From assembly GCA_000002445.1 (NCBI GenBank), contig CP000068.1, forward strand, positions 1,248,001-1,312,000: a stretch of 64,000 nucleotides of DNA. The letters are read 5' to 3'. Each line of letters starts with the position of its first letter. Position 1 is the first letter of the stretch. Shown piece by piece: positions 32,985 to 43,689 of the stretch. The position numbers were made by a program, and so were the translations under genes. This DNA comes from Trypanosoma brucei (Eukaryota). Under the pieces are notes generated by a model. That model was not told where the DNA came from and ran no database searches. It saw only the letters and a list, made by a program, of their open reading frames with translations.

Positions 32985-33172
32985 CAGTCGCTTTTTCCAA
33001 CACATGTATCGGCGGTTCAGTCACACCTTCTGGTGGAGCTAAGAGAGAATAGTGAATGAAGAAAAGATGATAAAAGATCATAGAAACCAGTAGAACTCAC
33101 AAAGCATGGCACCCGAGATCACAGCACATGCAGCATGTTCACGCAACACCACCACACGTCCATAGACATTGT

Positions 33173-34399
33173 TTAGTATGCACGATACACAATATCCATG
33201 TCGTCTAATGTATCTGATGCCAGTTCCCGTCCACGCTCAGCCGTTAACCGCTCCTCCAACTGCTCCATACGGGAAGATATGATGTTCCTTCGAAACTTCG
33301 AGAGGTGAAGACGGACAAGACTAAGCGCTCCGTGCACGTCTGCGTAGCAAGCATCCTTAAACATCCATTTTGCCACAGATTCGGAGAGTAGCAAATTGTG
33401 CACATATCCCTCACTTCCCATACTGCCACATAAGGGGCAGCGGAACAAACTGGGGGCGACACTGAGAGAATCAAAGCACTGGAGACAAAAGGAATGGCCG
33501 CATGGCCAGAAGACCACAGGATCCTCAAACAGCAAGTTACACACACGGCATGTGAGCACCTCCTCTAAGGCATCATTCATGTCGGTGAACTCCTCCACGA
33601 AGCGCTCTAACTGTCGAACCCGACCGCAGAAGACCTCCTCCTTTTCCAAAAAGCGTTGCAACCACTCAAGTTGCCGTTCTAGTGTGTCGGAAAGTATTCT
33701 GTTCTGTATAGCGATGCTACGGTAGCGAGGACCACGCGCCAGTTCCTCAGCAAACGTGCGTCCAACAGTCATATCCCCCAGTTCCTGAAGAGTACGCCAT
33801 ACCCAGTAGCGGTGGAGTAAGCTAATGCGATTGATGTAGCAAGAACGTATCTCCTCATCATTCTTCTCCACACGCTTCGTCAGTTCCTCCACTTCCGCCT
33901 CCATTGCAGTACGCTCGGTGTCAAAAACGGATGTTCGCAGTTCGAATATACGATCCAAGACACGTCCTAACAGGATCAAATGACGCGTCATCTTTTCGGT
34001 TTTACGAACCTCATGCTCCAACTTATCCTTTTGGTCCCGCGCACGGCAGGCGTATGTTGACCCGACCGCAGAGCTCTCAAAGCCTAACCACTCCATCTCC
34101 AGCTGCGCTAACCGTTGGCGGAGTGATGAAAGAGACCTCGTAAGGTCAGCCGCTATCTGTTGGGGGTGTCGCATGGATAACAGACGGTTGAGTGCCTCGG
34201 CGCCAAATGTTACAATATCCTCCTCAGGCGACTCCTCAACGGCTAAAGCGGCTTCTACTACCGAAATTGGGAGCGATGTAATTGATTGTTGGCTCGTGGG
34301 AGGGTCGGAGACAGGCTCCTTCGAAATTTGCTCCTCATATTGGGGTGGTACCTGAAGCTTAACCTTCTTCTTCAACTTTTTACCCTTTTTGGGGGGCAT
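33173..34399 (-). CDS. RING-finger (C3HC4) protein, probable E3 ubiquitin ligase, with coiled-coil N-terminal half.
   Basis: CRVCNLLFEDPVVFWPCGHSFCLQCFDSLSVAPSLFRCPLCG gives an 8-ligand RING spacing. The Lys-rich N-terminus MPPKKGKKLKKK is taken as the start (the track ORF begins 11 codons upstream at 34432). Confidence 0.7.
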   Translation of the reverse strand: MPPKKGKKLKKKVKLQVPPQYEEQISKEPVSDPPTSQQSITSLPISVVEAALAVEESPEEDIVTFGAEALNRLLSMRHPQQIAADLTRSLSSLRQRLAQLEMEWLGFESSAVGSTYACRARDQKDKLEHEVRKTEKMTRHLILLGRVLDRIFELRTSVFDTERTAMEAEVEELTKRVEKNDEEIRSCYINRISLLHRYWVWRTLQELGDMTVGRTFAEELARGPRYRSIAIQNRILSDTLERQLEWLQRFLEKEEVFCGRVRQLERFVEEFTDMNDALEEVLTCRVCNLLFEDPVVFWPCGHSFCLQCFDSLSVAPSLFRCPLCGSMGSEGYVHNLLLSESVAKWMFKDACYADVHGALSLVRLHLSKFRRNIISSRMEQLEERLTAERGRELASDTLDDMDIVYRAY

Positions 34400-34781
34400 C
34401 TTCAATAAAAGCGCAACTCTACAAAACACCAAGTGCCCCCCACGACTTGCAACACAGTCTGCGAGCTCCCGCGAAATATATATATATATTTATTTATTTA
34501 TTTCCCCCCTCCGTGGGCTTCTGCGGTTACGCCGCACAGGGTATGCTATAGGAATAGAGAACGGTGTTTCCTTCTGCTACAGAGATAGGAAGGACGGAAA
34601 GACGACAATTTGTATACTTCCTTTTTGATTATATCACTTGTCGAAGGCAACAGAAGTGAAAAAGGCATCCTCGGCCGTAAAGGGTCGGCCAAAAAAAAAA
34701 AGGAAATGATAATCATTGAACTGTTGGCTCTGAGCCGCACCGCAGCTCGAACATTGCAAAACCAAATACAAGACATGTGAG

Positions 34782-36065
34782 TCACATGTATTCTGCCTCA
34801 GGTGTCCACGCACCATCCAGCAAGCCAACACGACGCCTCTTGAGGCTGTAAATGCGCTCCCGCTGAATAATCGGCTCAAAACAATTGCGGCAATGGAATT
34901 CAATGGCTTTCTGCGATACGACATCACCCGCTGAATCAGCGACATCGGTATTGATAGACAGCTCCCGCAGGTGTGTAAAAACACGCGGGAAGTCGCAGTC
35001 CCCACGCATTGCGATGATGCCCAGTGATGACTTTGCAGCCCGCGACTCCTCAGCGTCTGCAGTTGCGCCCGAAGGATCACCAATAACACACGTGTCCAAA
35101 TGAGTGCGGACAAACAACTCAATAGTTGGTGGCAGCGGTGTGGGTGGTGCAATAATGGTAAACTCCAGCAGACTAACAGGATGTACGGAGTAATACGCAT
35201 TTCTCTTCACCTGATAGGTACAAACACAGGAAGACGAAAGCGCCGATGACGAACAGCCGTCGGATGTAGTCTGCCCTGTCGTGTCGTGAAGTACCGCACT
35301 TCCCTCAGCAGCACACACGGGGGGGAAAAGGCGTTCAGTGGCCACTGCACGGGGCTCCGTTAACGGCAAATGGCCCGCAACAAGGACATCGTAACGCATA
35401 GTAAAGCCCTTGAGAGTGCGCGTGAAGCTGTGCCTGTCAGCAACCGTAACCACAACAGGTCCCGAAGAAAACACATTTATATCGTTAACCACACGGACCT
35501 TCACCTCATCCGGTCGTATTTCACGTTGTATGGACGGGTAGACATCACGAGATCGGACTGCTGCCTCAACAAATGACTCCACCGACACGTGGTGGTAGTT
35601 CGACGAAGCTTCCGCCCGCCGCATGGGACAAAAGGGTGGCTTATACACGGCAAACGCACACCACCGCGAGAAGATGGTCGCATCATATAGGAGACGCAAG
35701 GACTTGGGACTAATCAAGTGCTGATTCCGCATAAAGCGTGTTTGTATCCCCTCAGGTGAAAGCGAGGCCGATACACGGGCAAGTTCGGCCGCATTGCGAA
35801 GCAGTGTCTCCTTACTGTTACTGCGCAACACATCAGTCAAACGCCGCGAAGGGGTCTTCGATGTCATGGATGGTGGAAACTTAGCCTTTTTCTTCCCTGA
35901 GCTGCTGTCAAAGACTACCGCGTTTGTGTGAATTGGGACAGTTATCCCACCCTTCGGGCTAGATAAACTACCTTTGTGAAAAGAAGAACAGAAACTAATC
36001 GAAGAACATTTATCACAGTTGTTGCAATGAGGGCAGGCGGGAGAGGATCGATTAGATGTGCACAA
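34782..36065 (-). CDS. Hypothetical protein (427 aa) with N-terminal Cys cluster (CPHCNNCDKC).
   Basis: Minus-strand ORF. Possible PIN/NYN-like acidic cluster in the C-terminal third (VIGDPSGATADAEESRAAKSSLGIIAMRGDCDF). This is speculative. Confidence 0.4.
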   Translation of the reverse strand: MCTSNRSSPACPHCNNCDKCSSISFCSSFHKGSLSSPKGGITVPIHTNAVVFDSSSGKKKAKFPPSMTSKTPSRRLTDVLRSNSKETLLRNAAELARVSASLSPEGIQTRFMRNQHLISPKSLRLLYDATIFSRWCAFAVYKPPFCPMRRAEASSNYHHVSVESFVEAAVRSRDVYPSIQREIRPDEVKVRVVNDINVFSSGPVVVTVADRHSFTRTLKGFTMRYDVLVAGHLPLTEPRAVATERLFPPVCAAEGSAVLHDTTGQTTSDGCSSSALSSSCVCTYQVKRNAYYSVHPVSLLEFTIIAPPTPLPPTIELFVRTHLDTCVIGDPSGATADAEESRAAKSSLGIIAMRGDCDFPRVFTHLRELSINTDVADSAGDVVSQKAIEFHCRNCFEPIIQRERIYSLKRRRVGLLDGAWTPEAEYM

Positions 36066-36277
36066 GCAGGTCTCCTATGCGAGCGCCTGACGGTGGACTA
36101 ACATCCAACATTGAATAATTACAACAAACGGTTAACAACAACTTTAACTTCCGCTTGTCTTTCTTCGGATATGTGGAATCACGAGAAAGATCAACTACAA
36201 ACGGAGAATGAACGGCAAAGCGCCCAGTTGACCGGCAGGAGGGTTGTGTACAACTAGCCTTCAAACCTGGGCTGCAA

Positions 36278-39200
36278 CTATGTGCTAGACTGCTCAGCAG
36301 CCTCTTGAACGAGTACGACAAAAGCATACTCGCGCGCAACTTCCTTCAGCCGCTGATATCGACCTGTCGCCCCGCCGTGGCCGACAGCAAAGTCGCAATA
36401 ATGCAAAATTGCCCTTTCAGCACAGGGTTTACCATCACACATACTTGTATTACCTCGACTGGCTCTTTCCTTCTCTCGACGCTCGCGCAAACGCGCTACG
36501 AATGCAAGGGACTCCCAATACCCAACACGGGTGTCATGCCAAGCAGTCAGCATCATGATATGTGGGAGCGCCACTCCCGGGGGAGGTATATTATCCATGG
36601 GCGAAAGCGCACGAATGATACTGTATGCCTCAGCATCTTCAAGGGGATTCCCAAATTCCTCCCACTCACTGACCGTTAGGGGAAGCGTGGGGTCAAGAAG
36701 CGTCGTGAGACAATCAACGAAAGGAACGGATGCAACGACCGCCAAGAACAAATGAGGGGCGATATTCATAGCGGCCGTCACAACAAAGCCACCAGCAGAG
36801 GCACCAGAAACCACCAATCGGCCGTCGGCACACCATCCCGTCTTTTGCATGAACGAAGCTACGCTAACGAAGTCATTCACAGTCGTTCCCCGCTGTAACT
36901 TGCGGCCCGCAACTCGCCACCCGGTCCCCAATTCCCCACCACCCCGTACGGCAGCGGCCCCCCATACAAATCCCCGGTCGAGTAGCGCCAGTCGCTCGGA
37001 CTCGAAGTCAACATCACAACATTCGCCGTAGCTACCGTAGACAGTAAGGAACATAGGATTCCCACCCCTCTCTAGAAGTGATTTCTTCCAGCAGAGATAA
37101 ACCGGGATACCTACAACATCGGAAGGCTCCTTCGTGGGCAACATTTGTAACAACAAGTCGGATCGAAAACCATAGTCCGATGGAACCCAAACAATCGTCG
37201 CGTCATAATCATCAGCACAGAAGGGCGTCCCACCAACAGGAACCTGATACAACTTCTTGACAGAAAGGGACATCTCGCCCTCCTCAACACCACCTAACGT
37301 GCAAGAAAACGTTACACTCGGGATTGTGGGATGAGCGACGACGAGGCGCCACGTTCGTGTGTCAAAAACATCATCGCCCGCGCAACTCCGCACAAAGTGG
37401 ACGCAGTCTGATTCCCCGAGTCCCCCTTCAAACTCTTGTCGCTCTTGCTCTCGCCACTGCATCTGGTAAAACTTCTCAATAGAAAAGCACACATTGCTCA
37501 CACTTACAAGCGGGTAGCAAACCACAGCCCGGAGATCGAGTGCATCGTGGCGCACCGATAGAGGCGGGAGGCAGCTGCTTCCGGAATCCCTATTGTCTAA
37601 CCAATGACTCCACAACTTTCGCACAGGAAGCAACAGTACTGTGGAAGATGCTGCTTGGCGAACACTGAGAAGCAAGTAATCTCGCCAGCACTCCACACCC
37701 TCGACAAAAATCTGAGGGTCGTATGTGAAGAGAGTTTGCCACATGGTGGATTCGCAAAGTGAAAGGTTCTGGCTTTCATCCCACAACATTTTATCATCAA
37801 GCACGTAAGCCACACGCCAATGACCGCTACCCCGCTTTAAACTGGTTATAACAATCACCCATGCACCGATGGCTTCCCCAAAAAGTGAACTGTGGTGATC
37901 AAGATCAAGGTCAACATCCTCGGCTCGATCAGTGAATCGATGTACTGCGGCACTGGCATGCCCCCCTCCAACAAAATCAGCGTTGCTGCGGGTGGTATGA
38001 ATAGAAGCGGTACGAGAAGTACTGCATGTGGGACCACCGTTACTCCGAATGTCGTCACTGTCTCCACCACTTGCAAAGCCACAGTGAACAACAGGAACAC
38101 CGCTCACCCACCGCTTCTTTCCCTCATCACACGGCATAACGTATACCTGTGTGCTACCAGAGCTGGAGGTAGTGAACATTGCAAATCTATCATCCGCAGA
38201 ATAGCACAACGAACTGACCCAAAAAGCTTCGTTGGGCTCCTCATAACAAATAACGTCTGAATGTGGGGAATCTTCATCCGCAGCGAGGTCATGAAAGATA
38301 ACTCGGTGGGAACGCATCCTACTATCAAGACCCAAGTACAGTAGCGTCGTGGAGGAAAGCCACAGCACCTCATCGGTAGCGTCGAAAACGTCAATGCGCC
38401 GTTTCACCTTGTGTGACGGAGCTGGTTTTCGACTGAATGCACTAGCCGCAAAGAAAGCGTCAGCAGAAGTTACAAAAGCGTTAGTCGACCCCCTCTCCGA
38501 ACCACCGACGCTCACATCCCCGGCACCTGAGGTAAACTGAGATGATGATGGGGCGGATTGAAACGCATCCACAATATCTCCGGTAGAAACACTTTTCCTC
38601 GAAGTCCGGGAGGTATAATCATCCGCCGCCGAAAATGATTTTGAGCTGGAATACCTTGGGAGGGCGCTCGTGGGTGAGTTGTATATGGACAGCTTTGACT
38701 GCGCCATGGCAACCGCCCAAGCGCGGCCTAACTCTGAGTGTTGGTGGAGCCACTGCTCATAATTAACATTTGTTATTTCTACAATGAATATTGTGAACAC
38801 CTCGCGGCCACTGGAACAGTCAACGGTAACCGCCAGCTGCTGCTCGTCCGGCGACACTTCCATGTCACCCAACTCAACGTAGTCGAGTCTGAGCTCGCGG
38901 GCAAAAAGATTCAAGTCGAAAAACACAACCTCATCTTCGTAAGCAGGAAGCGGTGCATGGGGGTCTTGGGCCCACAGGTGCGCAACCTCCTCCACAAATG
39001 TCCCCGAGTCCACCGAGACGGGACGACGGCAGAACAATGGATGATCGGCATTCGGCACGGTACGTGAATAGTACCAATAACTGCGGTCACGGTAAGGAAG
39101 GGATGCTTCATCTTCTTTCCATCGAGCCCGCATTTGATTATACAGCGTACGACTCAGACGCTTTCCACCATATGCGGCGAAGGCAGACTCCATATGTGCA

Positions 39201-39442
39201 TTCTCGCGCCTAAGTAGTTTCCGCACCTCCGAACTCCGTCCATCCCGCAACCAATGGTACGGATCAGTGCGGACATCGCCAAAATGCTCCATTCGGTATT
39301 CTACACGCCCATACTTGGGGGGTTGAACGATGTCGGGTTCACTATGCTCTGAGGAGGCTGACATGAAAGGGGTGAGAGACTCTCTGCCAATTCCCTGCTT
39401 CCAGTGAGTAAGAAGATATGAGATACGAGATATTTGTATCAC
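36278..39442 (-). CDS. Oligopeptidase B-like serine peptidase (S9A family) with enlarged, insert-bearing beta-propeller (1054 aa).
   Basis: The N-terminus matches the OPB start (PPKYGRVEYRMEHFGDVRTDPYHWLRDG). Catalytic Ser motif GASAGG in VSGASAGGFVV. The C-terminal His region GHGGATGRYQ is typical of the S9A catalytic triad. Ser/Gly-rich insertions (e.g. SSSKSFSAADDYTSRTSRKS...) expand the protein ~300 aa beyond canonical OPB. The start could alternatively be MSASSEHSE (39364). Confidence 0.7.
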   Translation of the reverse strand: MIQISRISYLLTHWKQGIGRESLTPFMSASSEHSEPDIVQPPKYGRVEYRMEHFGDVRTDPYHWLRDGRSSEVRKLLRRENAHMESAFAAYGGKRLSRTLYNQMRARWKEDEASLPYRDRSYWYYSRTVPNADHPLFCRRPVSVDSGTFVEEVAHLWAQDPHAPLPAYEDEVVFFDLNLFARELRLDYVELGDMEVSPDEQQLAVTVDCSSGREVFTIFIVEITNVNYEQWLHQHSELGRAWAVAMAQSKLSIYNSPTSALPRYSSSKSFSAADDYTSRTSRKSVSTGDIVDAFQSAPSSSQFTSGAGDVSVGGSERGSTNAFVTSADAFFAASAFSRKPAPSHKVKRRIDVFDATDEVLWLSSTTLLYLGLDSRMRSHRVIFHDLAADEDSPHSDVICYEEPNEAFWVSSLCYSADDRFAMFTTSSSGSTQVYVMPCDEGKKRWVSGVPVVHCGFASGGDSDDIRSNGGPTCSTSRTASIHTTRSNADFVGGGHASAAVHRFTDRAEDVDLDLDHHSSLFGEAIGAWVIVITSLKRGSGHWRVAYVLDDKMLWDESQNLSLCESTMWQTLFTYDPQIFVEGVECWRDYLLLSVRQAASSTVLLLPVRKLWSHWLDNRDSGSSCLPPLSVRHDALDLRAVVCYPLVSVSNVCFSIEKFYQMQWREQERQEFEGGLGESDCVHFVRSCAGDDVFDTRTWRLVVAHPTIPSVTFSCTLGGVEEGEMSLSVKKLYQVPVGGTPFCADDYDATIVWVPSDYGFRSDLLLQMLPTKEPSDVVGIPVYLCWKKSLLERGGNPMFLTVYGSYGECCDVDFESERLALLDRGFVWGAAAVRGGGELGTGWRVAGRKLQRGTTVNDFVSVASFMQKTGWCADGRLVVSGASAGGFVVTAAMNIAPHLFLAVVASVPFVDCLTTLLDPTLPLTVSEWEEFGNPLEDAEAYSIIRALSPMDNIPPPGVALPHIMMLTAWHDTRVGYWESLAFVARLRERREKERASRGNTSMCDGKPCAERAILHYCDFAVGHGGATGRYQRLKEVAREYAFVVLVQEAAEQSST

Positions 39443-39691
39443 TAGGGAAGCAAGTGAGGGGTGCCCACTTGATGGGCGGACCTACGTAAGAAATGACTTT
39501 ACAAAAATATAGACAAAAGTAGGAGTATAAAGGGGAGTGTACACCTTTTTTTTTTTTCAAAATACTGATTTTTCTCACACTGAGCATTAGGTAGAGAAGC
39601 ACATGCATTCCCGCACACCAATACCGGAACAAGCCAATAACTATAAAATTAATCGCATAAAATTTAAAAAACTTTCACACTTTATCGCTAC

Positions 39692-42160
39692 TTAGTAACC
39701 TTGAACAACCTGCCTGCGGGTGGTGGGGTTAACAGGACCAGCACCGGACCGCTTCAACTCACGACGCATTTGTCGCTTAGACATTTTCTTCGTATTCTCC
39801 ACGGCTTGCACCGCGCGAGGCGAACTCCCTCCTTTGCCACAAGGCGACGCACCTCCGATCTCAACGATCCCGTCGTCATCATCAATGATGAGTTCTACTT
39901 CACCCTCAGCATTGATGAAAACATCATCCGCAGGATCAAGCTGATGATTGGTGCGTCGCCGCCTCCGAGCTGCATTTTTCATCCCCATTAGAATACGTTT
40001 CACGTTGGCTTCAGCGTTGAGGGCTTCCTGTCGTGTAAGGGTCCCACATGCCCCTTTTGGTCGGACGTAGAACTTCGGCACCGCCATATCCGCTACGCCA
40101 TTATCACCTTCCAGGTCGCGACTTCCAACGCTGTCAGCATCGCTAAGAGCACGGTCGGCCGCCGCACGGTCAAGTGCCTCCCATGCTTCCGCGTCATAAT
40201 CATCCAGATCACTTGCGCAGCTGCTTGCGTCTTCCCACTCGTCCCCATCACCTTCTGACGCGCCATCCAAATCCGCCTCCGTAACTGAGTGGTTAGAGTC
40301 CCTTTTGCTTTTGTCAACTATAACACCTTCTTTTCCTTTGTATTGGGACACATAAGCAGCTATGTCACTCACGCGAGGGTGGTAGCTGGGTGGTGGCTCC
40401 ACGTAAAGAAGAACACCGTCCACATATAACTTCAGTATATCACGTCCCGCACGGGACCTGTTTGGCCGATCGTGCGCCCCCAAATAACCGCGACGGCGGG
40501 CCACGGCATTCAGGAGCCGTTCCATCAACGAGTGGCTCTCATCCCTGTCATCACCCGCTCTCAATGACACGTTAAACTGCTGCTCAAGTACCTGTCGTGG
40601 GATCCGCTGGCACAAAATGGCAATGGCCGCTTCCACATCGGTTGCAGTATCTATGGGAAGTATCCCATCGCATACCATCTGAGCCCGGGTAGAGGCAAAC
40701 GAGGGAAACACAAGGCCAGGACAGTCACACAGCGCAACGCGCCGCTCATTGGGAATAACAAGCGTCTGGAAGTGCTTCGTTTTGCCTGGTGTGGCACTCA
40801 CAACAACCTTTTTGCAACCTAATATGGCATTAATTGTGGACGATTTCCCAACATTGGGGTAACCAACAAGACCAACCATCAATGGCGTCTCTGTATCGGT
40901 GATGCTACATGACTTGCGCCACATGGCGAGGCGGTCCAGAAGCTGCTCCGGATCCAACACTGCCCATGGATCAAGTGAGGAGAGTTTTGACACACGGTCA
41001 TCCCTCGCCTTCTCATCTGCTGTCAGTGGCTGAGGTGGGCGGTTCAGATTCTGGGGTTGCTGTTTCCGAAGGATTAACTGCTCCTTACAGACCTTCCGCT
41101 GATGAATAAGTTGATATGGATTTGCTACTACCACTGGGGCACGAAGGGACTTCTTGTTATGACGCCTTTTCTCCTTTTTGTTTCGCATAAGCTTGGAGAA
41201 GTCCTTTTCATTGTCAACGCTGAATAAATCTTCATCCTCATCATTTCCAAGCGTGGTCACTTCTCGCTCCGCCCCAATGCCAGCGCTGCCGGTCATGTGG
41301 TCACTCGCTACACCCTCCGAACCATCATGTTCACTTTCCCCATCGACACCAGCACAATGTACTGACTCCTTTTTCTTACTATCAGATGGTGTGGCGGAGA
41401 AAAAAATGAACGCCTCCCCACGCTCTGTGAAATAGTCCGCCCACACACGACGCTGTTCCTCGGTTAGAAGATCAGACTTGTTGAGAAGGAATACAACCTC
41501 CTTAGGTTTACCTGCCTTACCCATAGTTTCTCTAACACTTAATTCAAAGTCAGCGCAACGAAACACTAGGGGATTCCTTGCATCAAGAATCATTAGAACG
41601 ATATCCGCCCGCTCCGTTACGCGCCACAACTGCCGCCAGACCTCCAAGTTCTTTTCGTACGGTGTCATAACAACTTTGTGCTTTTCCTCCAACTTTGCAA
41701 GCCGCCGCCGCCACTCAAAAAAGGCGGAGGCCTCCAGGGATTGCACCTCCTGTGCGGTCATGTCATAACTCCACTGCGGCCTGCGGGGAATAGTCAGTAG
41801 TTCGCTTATTTTCAACCAATCCACTCTGTCATCACTCAGAGGCAACACTTTGTCATTTGTCACAACATGTGGTGTTCCGTCAACGACAAGATGAAGATCC
41901 CGCGCGGCTTCGTAGCCCTTTTCTTGTGCGTCAGCAATCAACAGGAACTCCTCAAGGTTATTTGTCTCCCATATGGACTTCAGGGGGGCACCCTTGCGTC
42001 GCTGGTGTTCTTGTTCTTCCATCTCACGAACCATAGCGGCGTTACGCTCAGCCTCCATCATTTGCCGGTATTTCGTGCGGCTGCTGCGCTTAGCCGCCTG
42101 CTTGGAGCGCTGAATGCTCCTCCCCAACGATTGCATCTTCTCTGTTCTCCTTAAATGCAA
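39692..42160 (-). CDS. LSG1: Large-subunit GTPase 1 (LSG1)-type circularly permuted GTPase, for 60S ribosome biogenesis.
   Basis: The G4 motif (LLNKSDLL) lies N-terminal to the G1 P-loop (GYPNVGKSS) and G3 (DCPG). This is the permuted G4-G1-G3 order of the YlqF/LSG1 family. Long acidic inserts and an Arg/Lys-rich N- and C-terminus are present. The start could be MQSLGRS (42136). Confidence 0.8.
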   Translation of the reverse strand: MHLRRTEKMQSLGRSIQRSKQAAKRSSRTKYRQMMEAERNAAMVREMEEQEHQRRKGAPLKSIWETNNLEEFLLIADAQEKGYEAARDLHLVVDGTPHVVTNDKVLPLSDDRVDWLKISELLTIPRRPQWSYDMTAQEVQSLEASAFFEWRRRLAKLEEKHKVVMTPYEKNLEVWRQLWRVTERADIVLMILDARNPLVFRCADFELSVRETMGKAGKPKEVVFLLNKSDLLTEEQRRVWADYFTERGEAFIFFSATPSDSKKKESVHCAGVDGESEHDGSEGVASDHMTGSAGIGAEREVTTLGNDEDEDLFSVDNEKDFSKLMRNKKEKRRHNKKSLRAPVVVANPYQLIHQRKVCKEQLILRKQQPQNLNRPPQPLTADEKARDDRVSKLSSLDPWAVLDPEQLLDRLAMWRKSCSITDTETPLMVGLVGYPNVGKSSTINAILGCKKVVVSATPGKTKHFQTLVIPNERRVALCDCPGLVFPSFASTRAQMVCDGILPIDTATDVEAAIAILCQRIPRQVLEQQFNVSLRAGDDRDESHSLMERLLNAVARRRGYLGAHDRPNRSRAGRDILKLYVDGVLLYVEPPPSYHPRVSDIAAYVSQYKGKEGVIVDKSKRDSNHSVTEADLDGASEGDGDEWEDASSCASDLDDYDAEAWEALDRAAADRALSDADSVGSRDLEGDNGVADMAVPKFYVRPKGACGTLTRQEALNAEANVKRILMGMKNAARRRRRTNHQLDPADDVFINAEGEVELIIDDDDGIVEIGGASPCGKGGSSPRAVQAVENTKKMSKRQMRRELKRSGAGPVNPTTRRQVVQGY

Positions 42161-42843
42161 CTGCTAAACCCGAGGTCCTTCTCGTTCGCTTTCCCCTTTT
42201 TCTTTCCCCTTTACACCACTTTGTTTATTTGTTTTTTTTTACTGTGGCTTTCTGCCACTAATATCCTACGCCTCCCCACACTTTTCTTCCTCGAGGAGCC
42301 CTGTTTTTGAAAAAAAAACAAAAAGACTGGTGCCAAGGCGTTTCCAAGAAGATAATACGAAAAGCAACAGGGCAGATCAACCAGGTAAAGGAGATAAACA
42401 GAAAACAAAAAGGTTTAAGAGTTTTCCCCGACGGTATGGCAAGGCCCCAGATATAAATGACGTGCAAGCACCCAAGGGAAAATTAAGGGACACAGAATGT
42501 GGCAAAGAAAACAGGGAACGAATCGGCATGAAGGTTACACAAAACAGCGCAACGCGGGTGATAACGAAACAACAGTTGCCCCAAACTTTTCTTCATTTTA
42601 TTATTTCCACTCCCTTTCACACCATAACAAGACGTACACTGAGCCTACAACTGCTTCTCATATCATGTCCACCGACTTCCACCATTCAGCCACGGTAATA
42701 AATGAAAGTAGTAATAAATGCACAAAAACAACCCTCGCCACAACAGTCAAGGCAGTTATTGGTTAGTGTTGCCACTGTGTGAGAACACAAATGTATATCC
42801 CCTCGCGTTTACACGAGTTCCTCTAACTCAAGTAAACTGGCGG

Positions 42844-43689
42844 TTACGTGTCCTCAGAGTGTTGTTGTTGTTGTTGTTGTTGTTGTGGTGGTGGTGGTGG
42901 TGGCACTGCTCCATAAGGAGGTGCTGGTGTATTCGGATCCAATACTCCAGTCACAGGCGTTCCCACATGCGGAAGCACGCCGGGGTCTCCTCCAAAGTTG
43001 GGTAAAACATACGGCGGCTGCCGGTGGTGGTGATGATGATGATGGTGATGATGATGATGATGATGGTGATGCATCGCAGGGGGTGCGCACATTCCGCCGT
43101 AAACATGAGAATAATTGCATTGATCTCCCTTCCCACAGCGACCCTCCAAGAAACGCTGACAGACGCCCCTTGAATTGTGAAAACCATCTCTCTGGCCACC
43201 ATAGTAAGTGTGGGAAGAGCCTTGTGGGTGTGTTGGTGGCATGTAATACGGAGTTGGCTCTCCACCCATCGCTTCGTCAGCACCGCCTTTCATCGCTGAT
43301 GTGTTCAACTTTCTCAGAAATGTGTTGGCCTTGGCCAGCAGAGAACTTTCGCCCTCAGCTTGCATAGAGCAGTACAACCTCCAACTGCTCTCGTTGAAAC
43401 CGTAGTTAAAATAATCCCTAAGGTTTGCCGTGGGTTCATCCCATGGGCGCTTCTGCATTTGTGCTATGTCATAACCGAAAACAGCGGTATTTATTTGCGG
43501 TCCTTCAGCGTGTCGTACGCACAGGGGGATGAGTCCAACAACATCATCCTTCACATTCTCGGGTTCAAATCCCTGCGGCTGACGCTCCATCTCCTGTCCA
43601 TCAGTCGCCTGAACCGTTACAAATGTGGGGTTTTCCACACCGTCTGCGTGCGTGATGACAAAAGGTCCTTCACCGCCCTCTTCCATCAC
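42844..43689 (-). CDS. FIP1: Fip1-like pre-mRNA 3'-end processing factor with CCCH zinc finger and His16/polyQ C-terminal tail.
   Basis: Fip1 signature WDEPTANLRDYFNYGFNESSWRLYCSMQ (compare PWR.PG.D.SDYFNYGFNE.TW..YC). CCCH finger C-x7-C-x5-C-x3-H in GVCQRFLEGRCGKGDQCNYSH. The HHHHHHHHHHHHHHHH and QQQQQQQQ tracts are encoded by (atg/gtg)n and (ttg)n repeats on the + strand. Confidence 0.65.
   Translation of the reverse strand: MMEEGGEGPFVITHADGVENPTFVTVQATDGQEMERQPQGFEPENVKDDVVGLIPLCVRHAEGPQINTAVFGYDIAQMQKRPWDEPTANLRDYFNYGFNESSWRLYCSMQAEGESSLLAKANTFLRKLNTSAMKGGADEAMGGEPTPYYMPPTHPQGSSHTYYGGQRDGFHNSRGVCQRFLEGRCGKGDQCNYSHVYGGMCAPPAMHHHHHHHHHHHHHHHHRQPPYVLPNFGGDPGVLPHVGTPVTGVLDPNTPAPPYGAVPPPPPPQQQQQQQQHSEDT
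42860..42903. repeat. (gtt)n(gtg)n trinucleotide repeat encoding the poly-Q/poly-P part of the Fip1-like tail.
   Basis: Seen directly: gttgttgttgttgttgttgttgttg tggtggtggtggtggtgg. Confidence 0.9.
43024..43072. repeat. (atg/gtg)n trinucleotide repeat encoding the His16 tract of the Fip1-like protein.
   Basis: Seen directly: gtggtggtgatgatgatgatggtgatgatgatgatgatgatggtgatg. Confidence 0.9.
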
